Part shown: piece after piece, positions 58,182 through 64,000 of the stretch
Position numbering within the stretch: position 1 is the first letter of the stretch
How the letters are laid out: each line of letters opens with the position of its first letter
Source of the DNA: Deltaproteobacteria bacterium
Lineage (GTDB): Bacteria > Desulfobacterota > B13-G15 > RBG-16-54-18
Direction of reading: 5' to 3'
Length of the DNA stretch: 64,000 nucleotides
Assembly: GCA_016927065.1 (NCBI GenBank)
Contig: JAFGNJ010000019.1
Location: 4,491-68,490 of the forward strand
The notes under the pieces: model-generated
Seen by the model: only the letters and a program-made list of their open reading frames with translations
What the model was told of the DNA's origin: nothing
Databases searched by the model: none
Translations under genes and position numbers: made by a program

Positions 58182-58899
58182 TTAACAGGTATTCACCCCT
58201 CACATTACTGAGGGCGGCAAAGATGTTCTTTTTTATTCTCCTATCCATCTTATCAAGCTCTCCGAGCAGGTATTTTACGGTTCCTCTACGGGACGTACCG
58301 CGCGTGGGACAACCATCTTGAACCTCGGGGAACGCACGAAGTTTGGCGTAGGCGAGGGCCTTTACCTCCTCTAGTAAGGCCAAGGGTCTGATGATGGTAA
58401 GTTTGCCACCAAAAAGGACCTGATGGGGTATCATGGTGCTTATCTCACCGGAGTAAAAGGTATTGAGCAGGAAGGTCTCTATGATGTCATCCTTGGTATG
58501 CCCCAAGGCCACCTTATTACACCCCAGCTCCTGAGCGGTCTCAAATAAAATCTTTCGTCGCAACCGCGCGCAGAGGAAACAGGGGTTCTCTCGGTTTGCG
58601 TCGCTGTGGGCCAAAGGCCCTATCTGCGTCTTTTTGAGGACAAGATCATAGCCGTAATCCCTCATATACGTTTCTAATGACTTACAGTTAAACCCTTCGT
58701 ATCCAAGATCGATTGTTACTACCTTCAGGTCATAGTCTATGGGCACCCGTGCCCTGCGCTCATGCAGGATGTTCAGCATTACCATGCTGTCCTTTCCTCC
58801 AGAGAGGGCTACTAGTATCTGATCGCCATCCTCGATCAAGTGATAGTGGTGTATCGCCTTCCCCACCAGCCGCCTTACTTCACGTTCGAGGTAGGCCAT
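58159..58899 (-). CDS. ttcA: tRNA 2-thiocytidine(32) synthetase TtcA-like
   Basis: SGGKDS PP-loop, CFLC, GHTKDD, IRPL. Confidence 0.8.
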   Translation of the reverse strand: MAYLEREVRRLVGKAIHHYHLIEDGDQILVALSGGKDSMVMLNILHERRARVPIDYDLKVVTIDLGYEGFNCKSLETYMRDYGYDLVLKKTQIGPLAHSDANRENPCFLCARLRRKILFETAQELGCNKVALGHTKDDIIETFLLNTFYSGEISTMIPHQVLFGGKLTIIRPLALLEEVKALAYAKLRAFPEVQDGCPTRGTSRRGTVKYLLGELDKMDRRIKKNIFAALSNVRGEYLLNGHGFPH

Positions 58900-59528
58900 C
58901 CATTCTCCACAGGGCACCCTGAACATAGGGGCTTGGTTTTACAAAAGGTCTTGGCTAATCTGACAAAGAGGGCGTGATATTCCTTGTAGAGTGCCACGTC
59001 CTGGGGAAGGCTCTGCATGAACAGGTCTTGGATTTCCCCATAAGACGCCCCGTCGCTGATCATACCGTGTCGAAACAGTACCCTGCGCGTATAGGCATCG
59101 ACCACAAAGATCGGTTTTTCACCTGCATAGAGAAGGATGCTGTCAGCCGTCTCAGGGCCGATTCCCTTTACCGCGAGGAGCTTCTCCCGTAAGGACGAAA
59201 GTGGTTCAGCGAACATCCGTTTGAGATCCCCCCCATATTCCCCTGCAAGAAAATTCACCAGGTGCTTGAGCCGCCGGGCCTTGACGTTATAGTATCCCGC
59301 CGGGCGAATGAGTCCTGCTAATCTTGTTTCATTGAGCTTCAGCAAAACCTGCGGCGTCAATGCCCCCTCTTCTTTGAGGTTTTCTATCGCTCGTTCTACA
59401 TTCCTCCAGGCCGTATTCTGTGTCAGAACGGCCCCCACCATCACCTCAAAAGGGGTCTCTGCTGGCCACCACCCCTGCTCCCCGAAAAAACTCAATAATG
59501 TATGATAAATAGCCAGTAATTCTTTCAC
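58875..59528 (-). CDS. Endonuclease III-related HhH-GPD glycosylase
   Basis: GWWP, GAVLTQNT, KGIGPETAD, VVDAY, CKTKPLCSGCP. Confidence 0.9.
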   Translation of the reverse strand: MKELLAIYHTLLSFFGEQGWWPAETPFEVMVGAVLTQNTAWRNVERAIENLKEEGALTPQVLLKLNETRLAGLIRPAGYYNVKARRLKHLVNFLAGEYGGDLKRMFAEPLSSLREKLLAVKGIGPETADSILLYAGEKPIFVVDAYTRRVLFRHGMISDGASYGEIQDLFMQSLPQDVALYKEYHALFVRLAKTFCKTKPLCSGCPVENGWPTSNVK

Positions 59529-59719
59529 AGATAACTATTTCACTCGTCCTAAAAGATTAACATAAGGAACAAAATTTTTCAACTCAAGAAAAAATGCATG
59601 ACACTGAAGACGAAGCACAAACGGCCTATCCCACGGCACGAAGAATCAGTTGCCGAGGGCATCTAAAATATGTTAGTCAACAGAAGATAACAATCATCTC
59701 AATGGCGAGCCTGAAAAGG

Positions 59720-61306
59720 ATGCAGGAGCAACGAGAGATCGTCAAGGCCACCAGTGTAATGGGTTCCGCTACCTTCGCGAGCAGAATCCTGGGGCTGATC
59801 AGAGATATAGTGATCGCCGCGTTTTTCGGCGCCACCGCTACAACTGATGCCTTCTTTCTTGCTTTGACCATACCCAATTTGCTCAGGAGGCTCCTCGGTG
59901 AGGGGACATTGACGACCTCCTTCGTCCCTGTGTACACCGAGTACCTAACCCGCCGACCTGAGGAAGCGCCGCGTGTTGTTCATATCACGACTACCGTCAT
60001 CAGTACCCTCCTCTTTGTCTTGACCATCCTAGGAATCGTCCTGAGCCCTTTTATCATCAAATTACAGGCTCCCTGGTGGAATGATCCCGAGCAAATCAAG
60101 CTCACCGTCCTGCTGACGCGGATATGCTTCCCCTACCTATTCTTTATCGGCCTGATGGCCTTGGCCATGGGAATCCTCAATTCACACCGCCACTTCCTTG
60201 CCCCTGCCGCGGCCCCCTGTCTGCTCAATATCTCCATCATCGCCTGTGTAATCTTCTTGAGTCCCAGGATATACCCCCCCATCGTCACCGCGGCCTTAGG
60301 ATTTGCCCTCGGTGGCCTCGCCCAGCTCCTCCTGCAAATACCGTTTCTGCGTGCTAAGGGCATAACCTTTAAAGTTAACTTCGATTTGCACCATCCAGCG
60401 GTGCGACGCATCGCCCTGATGATGGCCCCCATGATGCTGGGGATCGGGGCGTATCAGTTCAACTTCGTTATCAGTCGCTTGCTTGCCACCAAACTGCCTG
60501 CGGGGAGTGTTTCCTATCTCTTTTATGCCTTTAGGTTTTTTGAATTCCCTCAAGGGATCTTCACCGTCGCCCTCGGGGTCGCTGTCCTGCCCAGCTTCGC
60601 GCGCCTCGTAAGCCAGAAACGAATGGAGGAATTTGTCGAGGGGGTGAATTTTTCCCTCAGGATGATGCTGTTCATCACTATACCGGCCATGGTGGGACTT
60701 ACCATCCTCCGTGTCCCCATCCTCAATCTCATCTTACAAAGGGGTGACTTCACGTATCACACTACTCTCATGACGGCCCAAGCCCTCCTGTATTATTCCC
60801 TCAGTCTCTGGGCCTACGGGGGAATTCAAGTCCTCTCCAGGGCCTTTTACGCCCTTGATGAGGTCAAGATCCCTGTGACCATGGCCATTGGGGCATTAAT
60901 GATCAACTTACTCCTTGGATTCATACTGATGGGTCCTCTGCTCCACGCCGGACTTGCACTGGCCATGTCAATCGCTGCGATTGTAAACATCTCATTGCTA
61001 GCTTTTTTCTTCCACCGCAAGACCTCGGGGATCCGCGTACGAGAGTTGATCGTCAGTGTCTCCAAGACCGCCGTGGCTGCTACTCCGGTTGCCCTGGTAG
61101 GGATTATCATCGAGCGTGGTTATACGTGGACGGAAAGCGGAGGGTATGTGGCGAAGATACCCCTGTTAGGTGGCGGTATTATCGTAGCAATGGCCCTCTT
61201 TTTCTTCTGCTCGTATCTCCTGAGGAACCGAGAGCTGCATTTGTTATGGGATTTCATTAGGAGCGGGCGCGACCGGAAAAGGCCCTTTTCAACTCCTCAG
61301 GTTTAA
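59720..61306 (+). CDS. murJ: Lipid II flippase MurJ
   Basis: SRILGLIRD, PNLLRRLLGEG, EFPQGIF; start uncertain (59702 or 59720). Confidence 0.95.
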   Translation: MQEQREIVKATSVMGSATFASRILGLIRDIVIAAFFGATATTDAFFLALTIPNLLRRLLGEGTLTTSFVPVYTEYLTRRPEEAPRVVHITTTVISTLLFVLTILGIVLSPFIIKLQAPWWNDPEQIKLTVLLTRICFPYLFFIGLMALAMGILNSHRHFLAPAAAPCLLNISIIACVIFLSPRIYPPIVTAALGFALGGLAQLLLQIPFLRAKGITFKVNFDLHHPAVRRIALMMAPMMLGIGAYQFNFVISRLLATKLPAGSVSYLFYAFRFFEFPQGIFTVALGVAVLPSFARLVSQKRMEEFVEGVNFSLRMMLFITIPAMVGLTILRVPILNLILQRGDFTYHTTLMTAQALLYYSLSLWAYGGIQVLSRAFYALDEVKIPVTMAIGALMINLLLGFILMGPLLHAGLALAMSIAAIVNISLLAFFFHRKTSGIRVRELIVSVSKTAVAATPVALVGIIIERGYTWTESGGYVAKIPLLGGGIIVAMALFFFCSYLLRNRELHLLWDFIRSGRDRKRPFSTPQV

Positions 61307-62261
61307 CCGTAGCGGTTCCCACTTTACCAACCACGATCCCTGCGGCGTAGTTGGCTACAACCGCGGCCTCGGAGAACGTGCTCCCGGCGGCCAAAGCCAG
61401 GGTCAAGGCGCTGATCACCGTATCCCCAGCACCCGTAACGTCGTATACTTCCTTGGCCACCGTGGGAACAGTGATAAAACCTCCCTTTCGGTCAAATAGC
61501 ACCATTCCTTCCTCGCCTCTGGTGATGAGGACCGCTTGACTGGCGAATCGCTCGAGTAAGCTCTTTCCTACCTCCACCAGTGTTTCTTTATTTTTTATCT
61601 GTTTGCCGGAGGCCGCTTCTGCTTCTTGACGATTGGGGGTCACAATAGTCGCGCCGGTATAGAGGTTGAAGTTATTCATCTTGGGGTCCACAGCTACTAA
61701 TTTCCCATCATCCTTTTTTCTATGTATGATAAAATCCATCAGATCTGGGATGATCAGACCCTTGCCGTAGTCGGAGACGATGATCCCGTCAACCTTCTTC
61801 CAACTCTTTTCGATGTACCGAAGAATATTCTCCTGACTCTTTGTGCTGATAGGCCCCTGGCTCTCCCGGTCAAAGCGAACCACCTGTTGGCTGTGAGCGA
61901 TAATCCTCGTCTTGACCGTTGTCCGCCGTCCTGCCTCGACAATAAGTCCTCCCGTGTTGATCTTCTGCTCCGTCATAAGTCCTTTGATCTTTTCGCCCAT
62001 TTGATCGTCACCGATCACACCGGCAAGTAAAACACGCCCGCCCAGACTATGAACGTTATGCACCACATTGGCAGCACCCCCCAGCATGAGGTCTTCGTGG
62101 GTGACGGCTACCACCGGCACCGGGGCCTCGGGGGAGATACGGGAGACTGTTCCCCAGATAAACTCATCGATCATGATGTCACCCACCACCAGGAGCGTGG
62201 TCTTTTTGAACTTCTGAACGAGTCTGTCGATGTCAATTCTACCACTGATCTGTTGTAACAT
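61257..62261 (-). CDS. rfaE1: D-glycero-beta-D-manno-heptose-7-phosphate kinase
   Basis: RISPEAPVPV, GGAANV, SDYGKG, VYDVTGAGDT. Confidence 0.92.
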   Translation of the reverse strand: MLQQISGRIDIDRLVQKFKKTTLLVVGDIMIDEFIWGTVSRISPEAPVPVVAVTHEDLMLGGAANVVHNVHSLGGRVLLAGVIGDDQMGEKIKGLMTEQKINTGGLIVEAGRRTTVKTRIIAHSQQVVRFDRESQGPISTKSQENILRYIEKSWKKVDGIIVSDYGKGLIIPDLMDFIIHRKKDDGKLVAVDPKMNNFNLYTGATIVTPNRQEAEAASGKQIKNKETLVEVGKSLLERFASQAVLITRGEEGMVLFDRKGGFITVPTVAKEVYDVTGAGDTVISALTLALAAGSTFSEAAVVANYAAGIVVGKVGTATVKPEELKRAFSGRARS

Positions 62262-62265
62262 AATC

Positions 62266-63195
62266 TTACCTCCCCAAACCCTCGTGTGATGGACAAGACC
62301 TCATATGCCAAAGTAACAGTCGACAGTATGTCCGCCAGCGCTCCCGATACCGCTTCTTCCACAGCAAGAGGGAATTTGCAGCTACCTCTCCCACAAGGCG
62401 CAGAATCAACCCTCCTTTTAGGAGGATTGTCTCCGTCTTTCCTCGCCACGTGGCGAACAAACGGTATCGAGACCTATAGTACTCAATCCGGGCCTCGGTC
62501 TTGGCCCTGGCGACACTAAACCCCTGAAGATGGAGGATTTGGGCGCCAGGAACAAAACTGACCCGCCAACCCTTTTCTTTCATCCGAAAGCACCAATCGG
62601 TCTCCTCCATAAAAAAGAAATATCCTTCATCTAAATAACCCACCTCCTCAATGGCTTGGCGACGGACGATAAGACAGGCGCCCACTACGGAATCGACGTC
62701 TATGGGGTGAGGATAATAACGTTCCTTACCCGGATACCGATGGGGGAAAAAGATCCGCAGAAGGCGTTTGTTGAGCAGTTCCGTTGCCAGCGACGGGAAA
62801 GGGGCAATGGAGTTCTGTCTCGAACCATCCTCGTTGATCAACTGCCCCCCTGCGATACCCACGTCGGGGTTTTCCTCCATAAAGGCCATGAGGACCTGGG
62901 CCGCCCCTTCCATGAGCCGGGCATCGCTGTTCACCAGCATGATATAGTCACCATGTGCCTTTACCAAGGCCTGGTTAACGGCCCGAGCAAAACCCAGGTT
63001 TGTCGCGTTCTGGATGAGATGGACCTGGGGAAAGGCAGCTGCGATGGCTTCCGGGCTCCCATCCCGTGATCCATTGTCCACCACAAAGATCTCATACGTA
63101 TATCCATGAACCGTGTCCACGATGAAGCGTAGGGCACCTAAGATCAGATCTTTGGTGTTCCAGTTCACCAGGATAAATGACAGGTTTTCCCCCAT
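62266..63195 (-). CDS. Glycosyltransferase family 2
   Basis: VNWN, VVDNGSRDG, NLGFARAVN, NSD, EETDWC. Confidence 0.9.
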   Translation of the reverse strand: MGENLSFILVNWNTKDLILGALRFIVDTVHGYTYEIFVVDNGSRDGSPEAIAAAFPQVHLIQNATNLGFARAVNQALVKAHGDYIMLVNSDARLMEGAAQVLMAFMEENPDVGIAGGQLINEDGSRQNSIAPFPSLATELLNKRLLRIFFPHRYPGKERYYPHPIDVDSVVGACLIVRRQAIEEVGYLDEGYFFFMEETDWCFRMKEKGWRVSFVPGAQILHLQGFSVARAKTEARIEYYRSRYRLFATWRGKTETILLKGGLILRLVGEVAANSLLLWKKRYRERWRTYCRLLLWHMRSCPSHEGLGR

Positions 63196-64000
63196 TAGCC
63201 TAAAAATTCCTTTATTTCACGTACAATGGTCTCAACATCCTCTCTCTTTAACTCAGGGTACATAGGGAGGCTTAGTACCTCTTGTGCTACCCGCTCTGTT
63301 ACGGGGTAACTCCCCTCTCCTTTTCCCAGGTAGTTGTAGGCAGGTTGAAGATGAAGAGGAACGGGATAGTGGATGCCAGTCAAAATACCTCTGTCTTCCA
63401 GGTGCTTCCGTAACCGATCTCGCTCCTTGGTCCTGATGACATAGAGGTGATAGACATGGGAGCCCCCCTCGCGGACCGTGGGGCAGACCACCCCTGTTGC
63501 ATCCTTCAGGAGGTCGTCATAGAGTGAGGCTCGCTCCTGCCGTTGCTGATTCCAACGATCTACGTGACGCAGCTTCACCCGTAAGATGGCAGCCTGCAGG
63601 GTGTCAAGCCGGGAGGTCAACCCTTCGATCTCATGGCGGTATTTCTCCCTACTGCCGTGATCCCGCAACATTATCACCCGCTGCGCAATCTCCTCATCAT
63701 CCGTTACCACTGCTCCCCCATCACCATAGGCCCCGAGGTTCTTGGTGGGATAAAAACTAAAACAGGCCGCAACCCCGAACCTTCCTACCTTTTTGCCGTT
63801 ATACAGTGCCCCGTGGGCCTGCGCGGCATCTTCTATTACCAGGAGTTTATGCCGCACGGCTATGGCGAGGATCGGCTCCATATCCGCCGGCTGACCATAG
63901 AGGTGCACCGGAATAATGGCCTTGGTCCTCTCGGTGATAGCCCCCTCGATCTGGGCCGTATCTAGTGTATAGGTCTCTGGATCGATATCGATGAAAACTG
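63195..64000 (-). CDS. DegT/DnrJ/EryC1/StrS PLP aminotransferase (start lies beyond window end)
   Basis: [33 protein letters not shown]. Confidence 0.92.
   Translation of the reverse strand, partial: VFIDIDPETYTLDTAQIEGAITERTKAIIPVHLYGQPADMEPILAIAVRHKLLVIEDAAQAHGALYNGKKVGRFGVAACFSFYPTKNLGAYGDGGAVVTDDEEIAQRVIMLRDHGSREKYRHEIEGLTSRLDTLQAAILRVKLRHVDRWNQQRQERASLYDDLLKDATGVVCPTVREGGSHVYHLYVIRTKERDRLRKHLEDRGILTGIHYPVPLHLQPAYNYLGKGEGSYPVTERVAQEVLSLPMYPELKREDVETIVREIKEFLG

Noticed and set aside
61257-61306. Convergent overlaps murJ/rfaE1 (50 bp) and kdsB/pyrF (17 bp)
   Set aside because: Short tail-to-tail overlaps are common and need no special explanation.

Overview
Chromosomal segment of an anaerobic diderm bacterium. 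Gene content (kdsB, rfaE1, TolC, four-subunit POR, CooT, HD-GYP) suggests Deltaproteobacteria/Desulfobacterota; this is an inference. The backbone is housekeeping: uvrA, serS, four tRNA-Ser, tRNA-Arg(ACG), tadA, SRP RNA, dnaX-ybaB-recR, lon, kdsB, pyrF, ttcA, murJ and LPS genes. Main points of interest: (1) a ~67-bp-period mosaic repeat array (alternating GGCGGATCCG / CGAGATCTCGCC motifs with variable hairpin spacers) attached to the CCA end of every tRNA-Ser gene, with the tRNA 3' end acting as the terminal repeat; (2) two integrase-less islets stacked at tRNA-Arg(ACG), one encoding a 3160-aa DUF11/SdrD adhesin with a barrel-like C-terminus and a sigma54-type promoter, the other TolC+RND without an adaptor; (3) a porCDAB-nuoEFG-like operon with electron-bifurcation signatures; (4) a KS-less ACP / atypical acyltransferase / thioesterase / two B12-radical SAM cluster; (5) a MoxR AAA + GXGXG beta-helix + vWA operon upstream of lon; (6) a UvrA lacking its insertion domain. 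All calls come from reading motifs by eye; no searches were run.
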